Shown: positions 24,290-34,766, counted from the stretch's first letter. The stretch is DNA of 37,534 nucleotides from a virus (IMGVR_UViG_3300016672_000182:1-37534); one strand, 5' to 3'. Notes: generated by a model not told the origin, from the letters alone. Translations and numbers: made by a program.

Positions 24290-25785
24290 GCGGCGTAAGC
24301 TTTAATCAAATCCCCGGCGATATCCGGGTGCCAATGTTTTATGCCGAGGTCGATAACTCCCAAGCCAACACCGCCCAGGAAAGCCTGCGCCGGCTGATCA
24401 TCGCCCAGGTGAACGATGATGCAGACAGCGAAGACATCGGCCGCCTGGTGCTGGTGTCGCGCACGACCCAGGCCACGCTGATTGGCGGGCAAGGCTCGAT
24501 GCTGGCCGCGATGCATAAGCGACTGCGCGCTATCGACGTGATGGGCGAGGTTTGGTGCCTGCCGCTGAAAGTCGAAACGGGCACTGCCGCGAAAGCCACC
24601 GTTACCGTAACGGGCGCCGCGACGGAATCCGGCTTGCTCTATCTGTACGTGGGCGGTAAGCGGGTGCGCTCGATTGTCACCGCCCAGGCCAGTGCGGCGT
24701 CCGTTGCGGCGGCGCTCGCCAAGGCGATCAACGACGACATTGATTTGCCGGTGACGGCTGCAGCAGCCGAGGCGGTGGTTACGCTGACCTGCAAGTTCAA
24801 GGGTGAGCTTGGCAATGACCTGATTGTTTTGATGAACCGCCTGGGCCGTGCAAATGGTGAGTTCACCCCGGCGGGCCTGATGGTGACGGCCACCGCCATG
24901 GCCGGCGGCGCAGGTACGCCGGAAATGTCGGTTGCCCTGGCCGCCCTGGGTGATGAGCCTTTCGAGTTCATTGCACAGCCCTGGACGGACCCCACCACGC
25001 TCGATGCGTGGAAGGCGACCATGGATGAGAGTTCCGGCCGCTGGTCGTGGTCCAAGCAGCTCTATGGGCACGTGTACAGCGCAAAACGCGGCACGCTGGG
25101 CCAGCTGGTGGCTGCTGGGCGTGTACGCAATGACCCGCATATCAGCATCGGCGGCTTTGAGAAAAGCTTGCCGCAGCCGGTGTGGGAGGTCGCCGCGCAG
25201 TTCATGGCCCGTACCGCTGTGTTTATCAGTGCTGACCCTGCACGGCCCACGCAAAGCGGCGAGCTGGGCGCAATCCAGCCGGCGGCGGCGAGTGATCGTT
25301 TCCTGATTGATGAGTCGCAATCGTTGCTGACCAACGGGATTGCCACATTCAGTTCCACCGGCGGTGCCGTGCGGATTCAGCGCGCCATTACGACTTACCA
25401 GCGTAACGCTTACGGCCAGGCTGATGACTCGTATCTGGATAGCGAGCCGCTGCACCAGTCGGCGCATGTGATCCGCTTTCTGCGCACGCGCATTACCAGC
25501 AAGTACGGCCGGCACAAGCTCGCCAATGACGGTACAGCCTTCGGTCCAGGCCAGGCCATCGTCACGCCGAACGTGATCCGTGGGGAGCTGACCGCGGCCT
25601 ATGGCGAACTGGAGCGCGCCGGCCTGGTGGAGAACGCCGAAATGTTTAAGGCCAACTTGATCGTGGAGCGCGACCCTAGCAACCCGAATCGCTTGAACAT
25701 CCTGTTCCCGCCGGATCTGGTGAATCAGCTGCGCGTGTTTGCGCTGCTGTATCAATTCCGCTCGCAGTACCCCGAAGCGGCGTAA
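24286..25785 (+). CDS. Contractile tail sheath (Mu gpL-like)
   Basis: IRVPMFYAEVDNSQAN, DPARPTQ, ITTYQ.NAYG..DDSYLD, PPDLVNQLRVFA. Confidence 0.95.
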   Translation: MSGVSFNQIPGDIRVPMFYAEVDNSQANTAQESLRRLIIAQVNDDADSEDIGRLVLVSRTTQATLIGGQGSMLAAMHKRLRAIDVMGEVWCLPLKVETGTAAKATVTVTGAATESGLLYLYVGGKRVRSIVTAQASAASVAAALAKAINDDIDLPVTAAAAEAVVTLTCKFKGELGNDLIVLMNRLGRANGEFTPAGLMVTATAMAGGAGTPEMSVALAALGDEPFEFIAQPWTDPTTLDAWKATMDESSGRWSWSKQLYGHVYSAKRGTLGQLVAAGRVRNDPHISIGGFEKSLPQPVWEVAAQFMARTAVFISADPARPTQSGELGAIQPAAASDRFLIDESQSLLTNGIATFSSTGGAVRIQRAITTYQRNAYGQADDSYLDSEPLHQSAHVIRFLRTRITSKYGRHKLANDGTAFGPGQAIVTPNVIRGELTAAYGELERAGLVENAEMFKANLIVERDPSNPNRLNILFPPDLVNQLRVFALLYQFRSQYPEAA

Positions 25786-25803
25786 GCCGAAAACCGAACA
25801 CCC

Positions 25804-25829
25804 AGCCCGCCACGTGCGGGCTTTTTTAT
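25804..25829 (+). terminator. Terminator-like hairpin between sheath and tube
   Basis: AGCCCGC-loop-GCGGGC followed by T6. Confidence 0.7.
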
Positions 25830-25839
25830 GGGAGGCCGT

Positions 25840-26187
25840 ATGGGCCAAGCAGTCGCAGGGACTTGTTACATCAAGGTCGATGGTATGCAGCTCGTTATTA
25901 CGGGCGGTGTCGAGGTACCACTTTCGAAGGTTAAGCGCGAATCCATTCGCCCAGGGTACTTCAAGGAAGAGGACGTAATCCCTTTCACGAAGGTCGACGC
26001 GGTGAAAACGCCGGGGCTCGACATTGCGAAGCTGACCACCGCCACGAACATGGTGGTTACCACCGAATTTAAAGACGGCAGCGTTTACGTGCTGAGCGGC
26101 GCTTATGCGGTTGATGACATCACCGTCAACGGCGATGACGGCAAGGTCACGCTCAAATTTGAAGGCATTAACGGAGACTGGCAGTAA
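25840..26187 (+). CDS. Tail tube protein (Mu gpM-like)
   Basis: AGTCYIKVDG; GGAGG RBS; follows sheath. Confidence 0.9.
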   Translation: MGQAVAGTCYIKVDGMQLVITGGVEVPLSKVKRESIRPGYFKEEDVIPFTKVDAVKTPGLDIAKLTTATNMVVTTEFKDGSVYVLSGAYAVDDITVNGDDGKVTLKFEGINGDWQ

Positions 26188-26489
26188 TGACCAACACGAC
26201 CATTCACAAACTGAAAGTACCGATCACCGCACACGGCGAGCAGCTGACTGAGCTGGAAGTGCGCCGTCCTACCACCAAAGAAGTGCGGGCCATCAAGGCG
26301 CTGCCGTACACCCTGAGCGAGAACAGCATGCCAGTGGTGGAACCTGATGTGGTGTGCAAGTACATCGCGGTTTGCACCGCGATCCCGCAAAGCTCGGTTG
26401 AGCAGCTGGACCTGGCCGACCTGAATGAGCTGGCGTGGATTCTGATCGGTTTTTTCATGACTCCGGCGTCGACTCCGCAGACCGCCTGA
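26187..26489 (+). CDS. Tail assembly chaperone (Mu gp41-like)
   Basis: L..PITAHGE...EL..RRPT, LDLAD..GFF end. Confidence 0.88.
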   Translation: MTNTTIHKLKVPITAHGEQLTELEVRRPTTKEVRAIKALPYTLSENSMPVVEPDVVCKYIAVCTAIPQSSVEQLDLADLNELAWILIGFFMTPASTPQTA

Positions 26490-26620
26490 TTAGCCTGGTC
26501 TATGACCTGGCGTATTTCTGGAAGGTCGACCCGGACAACATGATGGGCCGGCCGATGGATGCGCTGCTTGAAAGCTTTGAGCAAGCGCACCGGATCTTGA
26601 ATGAGCAGCAGGTGGGTTAA
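26450..26620 (+). CDS. -1 frameshift extension of the tail chaperone
   Basis: In-frame slippery heptamer T TTT TTC (26450-26456); -1 frame open to 26620 (LVYDLAYFWK...). Confidence 0.8.
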   Translation, partial: FFHDSGVDSADRLISLVYDLAYFWKVDPDNMMGRPMDALLESFEQAHRILNEQQVG

Positions 26621-28653
26621 TGGCCGATAAGTTCCAGCTAAAGGCGCTGATTACCGGTGTCGACAAGCTGTCGCCGATGCTGGGCACCATCCGTAAAAAC
26701 GCCATGGGACTGCGCAAGCAGTTGAACAGCACCGGCCTCGGCAAAATCACGTTCATGGAAGCCCTGCAGGGCGGCGTTATCGCAGCGCCGTTCGTGATGG
26801 GGGTCAAGGCCGCGATTGGCTTTGAAAGCGCCATGGCGGACGTTAAGAAGGTGGTTAACTTCGATACGCCGCAGCAGTTTAAGGACATGAGCCAGGACGT
26901 TCGGAACCTGTCCAAAGAGCTGCCAATGTCGGCCGAAGGCATTGCGGCCATCGTGGCGGCCGGTGGTCAATCCGGCATTGCCCGGGAAGAGCTGAATGCT
27001 TTTGCCCAGGACGCGGTAAAGATGGGCATTGCCTTCGACACCACGGCCGAAGAATCCGGCTCGATGATGGCGAAGTGGCGCACCGCGTTTAAGTTGAACC
27101 AGACTGAAGTGGTCGTGCTGGCCGACAAGATCAACGAGTTGGGCAATACCGGCGCCGCCAGTGTTGGGCAAATCTCCAACATCGTGACGGCCATCGGCCC
27201 GCTGGGCGAGATTGCCGGCCTCAACGCCGGCCAGATTGCCGCCATGGCGTCGTCCCTGGCTGGGGTGGGTATCGCCGAAGACGTAGCCGCGACGGGCATG
27301 AAGAACTTCGCGCTTACGCTAACTTCCGGCACCGCGGCTACCAAGTCGCAAAAGGAGGCGTTCAAGGCGCTGCGCTTGGACTCCGCGGCTATCGCCAAAG
27401 GCATGTCGGTCGACTCAGAGGGCACGATTAACAAGGTGCTTAAGTCGATTGCCAAGGTAGAGAAAAGCAAGCAAGCGGCCGTGCTGACGCAGTTGTTCGG
27501 CAAGGAGTCGATAGGGGCCATCGCGCCGCTGCTGACCAACTTGGACACGCTGCAGAAGAACTTTGGCTTGGTTAATGACCAGACGAAGTACGGCGGCTCG
27601 ATGCAGAGGGAATATGCATCCAGGGCCGCCACCACGGCGAACGCCATGCAACTGATGCAGAACCGCGTAACCGACCTGGGTATCTCTGTCGGTACCGCGT
27701 TACTGCCACCGCTGAATGACTTCCTTGAGGCGGTGGGGCCGATCGTCTCGCAAATCTCGACGGTGGTTGCGGCCAACCCGGCGTTGATCAAGGCAATTGT
27801 AGGTGCTGCCGCAGGCTTTGCCGTGCTGCGCCTGGCCGTTATCACGGCAACTTTTGCCATGACCATGTTCGACAACGTGACGAAAAAAAGCATCGTTGGG
27901 ATTGTGGTGCGTGGTCTGGCGATGGCCGCCGGCATGTTGATTGCCAACTGGTCGGTAGTGGCGCCGTACTTCCAGGCCATTTGGGAAAAGATCCAGGGGC
28001 CGGCAATGGCGCTGTGGGCGTGGCTGAAAAATGCTTTCACCTACACGCCGCTTGCCCAGGTGATCGAAAACTGGGGGCCGCTGACGGAGTTCTTTGGCGC
28101 GACGTGGGAGCTGGTCAAGGCGCTGTCTGTGCCGTTCTTTGACTTTATGAAGGCGGCCTTCGACTTTTCCCCGCTGGGTCTGATTATCAAGCATTGGGAG
28201 CCAATCACAGCGTGGTTTCAGAATCTGTGGGAAACCATCAAGCCGATCATTGAGCCGATCCTGAAGTTTATGGGCGGTGGTGAAGGTGGTCCCGGGATCA
28301 TCAAGACCGCGACCGACAAGGCCAAGAGCTGGGCGGAAGAACAGCGCGAGCGTAACGCGGGTGCCGGCGGCGGTACCGGGGCCTTTGTCCAAGCGAACGC
28401 AGTGGATCAGGCCATAAACGCCCAGGCGGCGCGCAATGCGTCTATGGGCGGCCTGGATGCCAAATCCCTGCTACGTGCCCCAGGTACACCGTCGATCAAT
28501 CAGCAGGCGGCAGCCAACCAGCGCAACAATCTGGAAGGTTCGCTGCTGATCAAGATGGAAGGCGCGCCGCCAGGTACGCGCGTGGAAGGCTCCACCAATC
28601 AGCCAGGCCTAAAGGTCGATTCGCAATTGGGCACCCGTAGCCTGTCGAGGTAA
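26620..28653 (+). CDS. Tape measure protein
   Basis: FESAMADVKKV, LFGKE, Ala-rich with Trp/Phe periodicity. Confidence 0.93.
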   Translation: MADKFQLKALITGVDKLSPMLGTIRKNAMGLRKQLNSTGLGKITFMEALQGGVIAAPFVMGVKAAIGFESAMADVKKVVNFDTPQQFKDMSQDVRNLSKELPMSAEGIAAIVAAGGQSGIAREELNAFAQDAVKMGIAFDTTAEESGSMMAKWRTAFKLNQTEVVVLADKINELGNTGAASVGQISNIVTAIGPLGEIAGLNAGQIAAMASSLAGVGIAEDVAATGMKNFALTLTSGTAATKSQKEAFKALRLDSAAIAKGMSVDSEGTINKVLKSIAKVEKSKQAAVLTQLFGKESIGAIAPLLTNLDTLQKNFGLVNDQTKYGGSMQREYASRAATTANAMQLMQNRVTDLGISVGTALLPPLNDFLEAVGPIVSQISTVVAANPALIKAIVGAAAGFAVLRLAVITATFAMTMFDNVTKKSIVGIVVRGLAMAAGMLIANWSVVAPYFQAIWEKIQGPAMALWAWLKNAFTYTPLAQVIENWGPLTEFFGATWELVKALSVPFFDFMKAAFDFSPLGLIIKHWEPITAWFQNLWETIKPIIEPILKFMGGGEGGPGIIKTATDKAKSWAEEQRERNAGAGGGTGAFVQANAVDQAINAQAARNASMGGLDAKSLLRAPGTPSINQQAAANQRNNLEGSLLIKMEGAPPGTRVEGSTNQPGLKVDSQLGTRSLSR

Positions 28654-28656
28654 GCA

Positions 28657-29892
28657 ATGGCCACTTGGCGCGAGCAGTTACAACCGGCGTCGTTTCGGGG
28701 GGTACCGTTTCACGTTGAATCGGAAAGCACCCCCGTAGGCCGCCGGACACAGGTGCATGAATTCCCCCAGCGCAACCGCCCTGTGGTTGAAGACCTGGGC
28801 GAACAAACCCGGGTTATCAAGTTCACGGCATTTGTGGTGGGGGAGGATTGTTTCTTTCAGCGGGACAACTTGCTGCAGGCGCTCAATCAGCCCGGCCCTG
28901 GGACGTTGATTCATCCGTGGTATGGGCAGATGTACGGCACCGCCACGGATTGTTCGGCGGGCCATGCCTGGAATGAAGGCGGTGTCACTCGCTTTGAGTT
29001 GATGTTTGTCGAAGGGGGAGAAAAGGGCTACCCGGCCGGCGTGCCGAACACGGCGCGTCAGCTGGAGGCCGAGAACGAAAGCCTGCTGGATTCCGCGATT
29101 GCGCGGTACAAGGCGGCAATGGCCCTGGTCAACAAAGCTCGCCTGAGCGTCAAGGCGTTGCAGAACGGCCTGGCCGGGGTACAGATGTTCATACAGCAGG
29201 AAATCAGCCAGATAACGGGGCTGGTTAGCTCTGTGGTCACGCTGGCCGACATGGTGGCGAACTTTCCCGACAAACTGGCGAGCATGCTGCAGTCGCAGTT
29301 TTCCAGCATGTCGACCGACTTTGACCGGTTCAGCCTTTCGCGGCGCACGGCCGGCAGCAAGGTGGACGCTGCCCGGGGCATTGCTGCGCTGCCGGCGCCT
29401 GCAGGTGGGGCGGCCACCATCGCCGCCGTAACGGCTACGCGTGACCTGGTGCGCGACGTGTTGATCATCGACGCGCTGCGCATTGTCGCGTCCATGCCAG
29501 TGGTACAGGCGCCGTCAGTGCTACCTGGCGTTCCAACCCTGGAGCAACAAGTAGCGGCGCCGATTGAGCGTGTCGAGGTGCCGGTAACGGACGATGTGCT
29601 GTCGTTGCGTGATGACATCAGCGCAGAGATTTGGGACGCGCAGCTGCAAGCCCCTTACGCGCACTTTGAACGCCTGGACAACGCCAGGAAGCTCGTCAGG
29701 GCGCACCTGGCCGAAGTCGCTAAGGCCGGTGTGCGGCTGATCGAAGTCACCCCGAAACAAACCTTGCCGGCGTTCGTGCTGGCTTACCAGCAGTTCGGTG
29801 ATGCATCGCGCGCCGATGAAATTGTTACGCGTAACGCCGTGCAGCACCCGGGCTTCCTGCCACCGCTGCCGCTGAAAGTCGCCCAGGAGTAA
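28657..29892 (+). CDS. DNA circularization protein (Mu gpN-like)
   Basis: W...LQPASFRGVPF, GRR..VHEFP, GTLIHPWYG, HPGF.P. Confidence 0.92.
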   Translation: MATWREQLQPASFRGVPFHVESESTPVGRRTQVHEFPQRNRPVVEDLGEQTRVIKFTAFVVGEDCFFQRDNLLQALNQPGPGTLIHPWYGQMYGTATDCSAGHAWNEGGVTRFELMFVEGGEKGYPAGVPNTARQLEAENESLLDSAIARYKAAMALVNKARLSVKALQNGLAGVQMFIQQEISQITGLVSSVVTLADMVANFPDKLASMLQSQFSSMSTDFDRFSLSRRTAGSKVDAARGIAALPAPAGGAATIAAVTATRDLVRDVLIIDALRIVASMPVVQAPSVLPGVPTLEQQVAAPIERVEVPVTDDVLSLRDDISAEIWDAQLQAPYAHFERLDNARKLVRAHLAEVAKAGVRLIEVTPKQTLPAFVLAYQQFGDASRADEIVTRNAVQHPGFLPPLPLKVAQE

Positions 29893-29896
29893 CCCT

Positions 29897-31003
29897 ATGG
29901 ACCCGCAAAACGCTGTGACACTGAGTGTCAACGGCATGGATTACAGCGGCTGGAAGAACGTCAGCATCACCGCATCCATTGAGCGCCAATGCCGAGACTT
30001 CAACGTTGGTGTGACGTGGAAGCTGTCCGGGGACGTGCCTATCCCGATTCGCCAGGGTGACCGCGCCGCCGTGCGCATTGGCGCCGATCATGTGTTGACG
30101 GCGTATGTCTTCAAGACGCCGATCAGCTATGACGCCAGGCAGATTACCCGGGCTATCGCCGGCCGTTCAAAGACGGCGGATCTGGTCGACTGCGCCGCGA
30201 TCAACAAGCCCGGCCAGTGGCGAGGCCAGAGCATACAAACCATCGTGAAAGCCTTGGCGTCGACCTACAACATCGAAGTCATTAGCCAGGTGCCCGAGAC
30301 CAGCAAAGTCACGGATCACACTATTGAGCCCGGAGAGACGGTTTTTGAGTCCATCGACCGACTGCTGACACTTTCCCGGCTGCTGTCCACGGACGACGAG
30401 CTGGGGCGACTGGTGATCGTTTCCCCAGGTAGTGCCGGCCGCGCGGTTGACCGCCTGGAGCTGGGGCAAAACATCCTGACCGGTAGCACTGAACTGGACT
30501 TTTCCGGGGTGTTTTCGGAATACCGCGTGATCGGGCAAAGGAAGGGCACCGACGACGAGTCGGGCGCCGCGTCGTCTGAGGTGGCAGCGACCGTTGATGA
30601 CCCACGGGCGCCGCGCTATCGGGTGCTGCAGATACAGGAAAGCGGCGACCTGACGCCTGAGCTGGCCCAGGCCAGGGCGAACTGGGAGCGTGGCAACCGC
30701 ATCGGTAAAGCGCTGACGCTCAAGTACAAGGTTCAGGGGTGGCGGCAGTCGAACGGCGCACTGTGGCGGGTGAACCTGATTGTCCGGGTGGTGGATTACG
30801 CCCTGGGCATTGACCGCGACATGTTGATTAGCGAGGTGCAATACAGCCTCGACGAAGGGGGTACCACCTGCAGCCTTTCGGTTGCGCCTGCAGAAGCTTT
30901 TTTGCCCGAACCCAAAGACCCGCACAAGTCGCGCAAGCTCAAGAAGGGCGGCGCGGCGGACAACTTTGAATACCTAATTCCTGCCGACTGGAAGCCCGAA
31001 TGA
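29897..31003 (+). CDS. Baseplate hub protein (Mu gpP-like)
   Basis: YSGW, GRSKTADLVDC, VQGWRQ..G.LW..N. Confidence 0.9.
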   Translation: MDPQNAVTLSVNGMDYSGWKNVSITASIERQCRDFNVGVTWKLSGDVPIPIRQGDRAAVRIGADHVLTAYVFKTPISYDARQITRAIAGRSKTADLVDCAAINKPGQWRGQSIQTIVKALASTYNIEVISQVPETSKVTDHTIEPGETVFESIDRLLTLSRLLSTDDELGRLVIVSPGSAGRAVDRLELGQNILTGSTELDFSGVFSEYRVIGQRKGTDDESGAASSEVAATVDDPRAPRYRVLQIQESGDLTPELAQARANWERGNRIGKALTLKYKVQGWRQSNGALWRVNLIVRVVDYALGIDRDMLISEVQYSLDEGGTTCSLSVAPAEAFLPEPKDPHKSRKLKKGGAADNFEYLIPADWKPE

Positions 31004-31509
31004 GCAACATAAAAAACATTCTCGTACGCGGCACGCTGAGCCTGGTCGATGGCCTGAAAAAGCTGCAGGAACTGCAGGTGAAATTGCTGGCCGGAGAAAT
31101 CAAGGACGGCATGGAACACTTCGAGCCCTACGGCTTCACGTCCAACGCCAAGGCCGGCGCCGAGGTGCTTGCCGGCTTCTTTGGGGGCGACCGCTCGCAC
31201 GGGGTAGTGATCTGTGTCGCAGACCGGCGCTTTCGCCTGAAGGGCCTGGAGAGCGGCGAGGTGGCGCTATACACCGACGAGGGCGACAAGCTGCACTTTA
31301 AGCGCGGTCGGGTGATTGAAATCGAAACGATGACCCTCAAGGTCAAGGCGGGAACGGCGGTGGAGTTCGACACGCCGGAGATTCGCACCACCGGCAAGAT
31401 CGTGTCTGCAGGTGATCAGGTGGCCGCCGGCATTAGCCAGGTTCAACACGGCCACACCGAAGTCATGAAGGGCCCGGCCATTTCCGGTCCGCCTGCAGCG
31501 CCGGAGTGA
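31000..31509 (+). CDS. Baseplate spike (Mu gp45-like)
   Basis: EPYGFTS, GDRSHGVV, GEVALY, C-terminal HxH. Confidence 0.9.
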   Translation: MSNIKNILVRGTLSLVDGLKKLQELQVKLLAGEIKDGMEHFEPYGFTSNAKAGAEVLAGFFGGDRSHGVVICVADRRFRLKGLESGEVALYTDEGDKLHFKRGRVIEIETMTLKVKAGTAVEFDTPEIRTTGKIVSAGDQVAAGISQVQHGHTEVMKGPAISGPPAAPE

Positions 31510-31913
31510 TCATGGCTCTTATCAACGAAGAGGTGACTGAAAGCGTCTGGCGCCGCGCGGCCGTGGTCAGTCTGCTGACCTGGCGTCGTGCCGGCACGGA
31601 TGACCCGCTTGATGATGCTGAGCGCTACGGCTGGTGGGGTGACAGCTTTCCCACGGTGACCAGCGACCAAATCGGCTCCCGCTTGTGGCAGCTGCGCCGT
31701 CGCCCCCTCAACGCGGACACGGTGCGGGACGCTACAACGTTCGCCCGGGAGTCGCTGCAATGGATGCTCGATGACGGCCGGGTGACGGCCGTCGACATCA
31801 CCACTACACGCGGCGTTGATCGCCTCGACATGCGCATTGTTCTGGTTTTCCGGGGCGGTGCACTGCTGGAACTCTCTCTAGATAACTTGTGGCAGGTGAT
31901 CCATGCCGTTTAA
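31506..31913 (+). CDS. Baseplate protein (Mu gp46-like)
   Basis: SLLTWRRA, GWWGD, GSRLW.L.R, ESLQWMLDDG. Confidence 0.9.
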   Translation: MIMALINEEVTESVWRRAAVVSLLTWRRAGTDDPLDDAERYGWWGDSFPTVTSDQIGSRLWQLRRRPLNADTVRDATTFARESLQWMLDDGRVTAVDITTTRGVDRLDMRIVLVFRGGALLELSLDNLWQVIHAV

Positions 31914-32943
31914 CACTCCGACCATGCCCGAGCTGATCAGTCGTGCTCGTAGCGACCTGGCGGGCTCTAGCGCGCTGCTGCGCTCTGATGCCGAAGTGCT
32001 TGCCCGGGTCAACGCTGCAGCGTCCTACGGCCGCTATGCGCATCAAGCGTATATCGCTGACCAGATCCTCCCCGATAAGGCCGATGAGGACACGTTGCGC
32101 CGTATGGCACGGGCCAGGCTCAAGCGTGACCAGTTGCCGGCGGTAGCTGCAACAGGGCCTGCCAGCTTCACCGGCGCCGTGCGTGCCGTGCTCGATGCCG
32201 GCACGTTGCTGCAGCGTGAGGATGGGCAGCGCTTTCGGGTGTCGTTATCCGTAACGCTGAGTGCCCCTGCCGGTGTTGCCACGCTGGAGGCGGTCGACCC
32301 GGGGCAGTTGGGCAATACCCCCGCCGGCACCGTGCTGCGCAGCGTTTCACCCGTTGAAGGTGTAGCGGATACCTTCACCGTCCTTGAGCCAGGTATTGCC
32401 GGCGGCACCGAACAGGAGAGCATTGAGGCGTTACGCGCCAGGGTGATCCGCTCGTATCGAGTGGTACCACACGGCGGCAGTACCAGCGATTACGAAACCT
32501 GGGCGCTTGAAGTACCTGGCGTGACCCGGACCTGGGTTCGCCGGCACTGGATGGGTCCCGGCACGGTAGCGGTGTTCATCGTAAGGGATGGCGACGTAAA
32601 CCCTATTCCTGGGCCGGAAGCGCTGGCCCAGGCGTTTGCTTACATCGAGGGAGAGCGGCCGGTAACGGCAGAGGTGGGCCTCTTCGCGCCTGTAGAGAAG
32701 CCGATTCAGTACGAAATCAAGTTGTTGCCTGACAGTGGCGTCGTGCGTGCGGCTGTCGAAGCGGCCCTGGTGGATCTGCACAACCGCGAATCAGATATGG
32801 GCGTCAAGTTGCTGGGCACGCATATACGCGAAGCCATCAGCGGCGCTGCAGGCGAGAAGGATCATGTGCTGTTCAGCCCTGCCGGCGATGTGGTGCCGGG
32901 CGCCAATGAGCTACCGACCTTCGGGGGGATCTTATGGCGATAA
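31903..32943 (+). CDS. Baseplate J / Mu gp47-like protein
   Basis: QILPD.AD, GG...ES...LRAR, GG..DYETWALEVPGV. Confidence 0.92.
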   Translation: MPFNTPTMPELISRARSDLAGSSALLRSDAEVLARVNAAASYGRYAHQAYIADQILPDKADEDTLRRMARARLKRDQLPAVAATGPASFTGAVRAVLDAGTLLQREDGQRFRVSLSVTLSAPAGVATLEAVDPGQLGNTPAGTVLRSVSPVEGVADTFTVLEPGIAGGTEQESIEALRARVIRSYRVVPHGGSTSDYETWALEVPGVTRTWVRRHWMGPGTVAVFIVRDGDVNPIPGPEALAQAFAYIEGERPVTAEVGLFAPVEKPIQYEIKLLPDSGVVRAAVEAALVDLHNRESDMGVKLLGTHIREAISGAAGEKDHVLFSPAGDVVPGANELPTFGGILWR

Positions 32944-33539
32944 GAACAGCGACGGATTATTACCGCCAGTTGGTCGCATTGCTGCCGCCTGGGCCCGCCT
33001 GGGACGTGGAGCTGGTGCCTGAAATTCGCGAGCTGCTGCAGGCCGGATCTGTGGAGCTGGCCCGCGAGGATCTGCGGCTTTCTGACCTGCTGGCCGAGAG
33101 CGACCCGGACACGGTGCGCGAGCTGGTGCCCGACTGGGAGCAGGTTATGGATCTGCCGGACCCGTGCCTGGGCGAAAACCCGGCCTTTGAGGATCGGCAG
33201 CTGGCCGTGCGGCGCCGTCTGGTTGAAGTTGGCGGGCAAACCCCGGCGTTCTTTGTGCAGCTCGCCATTACCCAGGGTTACCCGGAAGCCACTGTGACCG
33301 AACACAGGGCGCCGCGCTTCGGTGCCGCACGCTTCGGTCGGTCTCACTTCGGCACATGGTCGGCGCAGTTCATGTGGACGTTAAACACGGGGCCACGCCG
33401 TCGCCTGGGCCGGCGGTTTGGCGCCAGTTACTTCGGTGAACGTTTCGGGGTTAACCCAAGCGGCGCACTTGAATGCGTGATTCGCCGCAGTGCGCCTGCG
33501 CACGCATTGGAATTTATTAATTACGGGGTTGGGGTTTAG
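32934..33539 (+). CDS. Baseplate protein (Mu gp48 / DUF2313-like)
   Basis: LLPPGPAW, DWE..M.LPD.C, LECVI...PAH. Confidence 0.88.
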   Translation: MAIRTATDYYRQLVALLPPGPAWDVELVPEIRELLQAGSVELAREDLRLSDLLAESDPDTVRELVPDWEQVMDLPDPCLGENPAFEDRQLAVRRRLVEVGGQTPAFFVQLAITQGYPEATVTEHRAPRFGAARFGRSHFGTWSAQFMWTLNTGPRRRLGRRFGASYFGERFGVNPSGALECVIRRSAPAHALEFINYGVGV

Positions 33540-34766
33540 ATGGATTATCCAAAGAGTGTGCCAAACGTAGGTTTGGTTAGCGGTAAGTTTGTGGATGAGA
33601 ACACAAGTACCGGTCAAGTTGGTTCGCTTATTCCAGCAACCTGGGGATCTGCTGTAACTGACGAAATCTTGAACGTGATTATGGGCGGCGGTTATGTCCC
33701 GGACGAGAACGAAAACGGGCAACTTCTGCAGGCGATTAAAGAAATCATCGCCGATAACATTCCGCCCGAAAAAGTGCGAACGACTCTTGCCGAGTACGGT
33801 ATCACCGACGCCTATACCAAGGCGGTCACGTACACAAAGGATGAAATTGAGGCGAAGCTGAAGAACCTGTCAGCATTGCCGGTGGGCTCGCTGATCTGTT
33901 TTCCCGTGGATAAGGTTGCGCCTGGATTCCTAGAGATTGATGGTAGCGTCAAAAGCGCGGCCGCTTATCCAGACCTGGCCACGTTCCTGGACGGGGCGTT
34001 CAACAAGGGCGACGAGGGTGCCGGAAACTTCCGTTTGCCTGAGTCACGCGGTGAGTTCCTGCGGGGTTGGGACCACGGTCGCGGGGTGGATGCGGGTCGT
34101 GTAATGGGCAGCTATCAGGCTGACATGTTCAAAAGCCATACCCACGGCGCGAAGGTCAACCAGGGAGCGGCGGGTGGTGGATTCACGACCATTTATAGCA
34201 CCGGCACACAAAACAACAGCGAAACGTACATACAGGCTGAGGGCGGTGCCGAAACCCGGCCGCGAAACTTGGCGGTGATGTGGTGCATCAAGGCGTGGAA
34301 CGCGCCGATCAATCAGGGAAATATTGATATTGCGGCATTGGTGCCTTTGGCTGGCCTCACGACAGAGGCAAATCAAGGGACAGCGAAAGTTTCAAGTCTG
34401 GCCCAGGTCAATGCGGGAGCTGATGACGCTACGATTGTTACGCCAAAAAAACTGAAATCCGGTGTTTCTTATCTGTTCGCCAAAAATGGATATGTCACTT
34501 TTCCGACTTGGCTGGGTGGGCTGATCATCCAGTGGGGGACTGTGCCTCTCAACGATGACAGCATTACTGATGTGACTCTCCCGATTTCCTTTCCGAACAC
34601 GCTTTTCAGTGCGCATGCAACTGTGCAGCACTCGGCGGCGCAGGGTGGCGGTACCGCTTCAAGCGCGTTGACATTTAAAAAGAGTTTGTCGGTAGTTTCT
34701 GTGGCCGTTGCCGACACTGGAAATCCCGGTGTCCGCGATGTTGATTACTTCTGTGTGGGGCGTTAA
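33540..34766 (+). CDS. Tail fiber protein with tail-collar domain
   Basis: MDYPKSVP..GLV.GKFVDEN start; RGEFLRGWDHGRGVD; ETRPRN; GLIIQWG C-domain. Confidence 0.9.
   Translation: MDYPKSVPNVGLVSGKFVDENTSTGQVGSLIPATWGSAVTDEILNVIMGGGYVPDENENGQLLQAIKEIIADNIPPEKVRTTLAEYGITDAYTKAVTYTKDEIEAKLKNLSALPVGSLICFPVDKVAPGFLEIDGSVKSAAAYPDLATFLDGAFNKGDEGAGNFRLPESRGEFLRGWDHGRGVDAGRVMGSYQADMFKSHTHGAKVNQGAAGGGFTTIYSTGTQNNSETYIQAEGGAETRPRNLAVMWCIKAWNAPINQGNIDIAALVPLAGLTTEANQGTAKVSSLAQVNAGADDATIVTPKKLKSGVSYLFAKNGYVTFPTWLGGLIIQWGTVPLNDDSITDVTLPISFPNTLFSAHATVQHSAAQGGGTASSALTFKKSLSVVSVAVADTGNPGVRDVDYFCVGR

Noticed and set aside
24175-25848. 557-aa minus-strand ORF
   Set aside because: Antisense shadow of the tail sheath gene.
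26967-28040. 357-aa minus-strand ORF
   Set aside because: Antisense to the tape measure gene; no independent coding signals.
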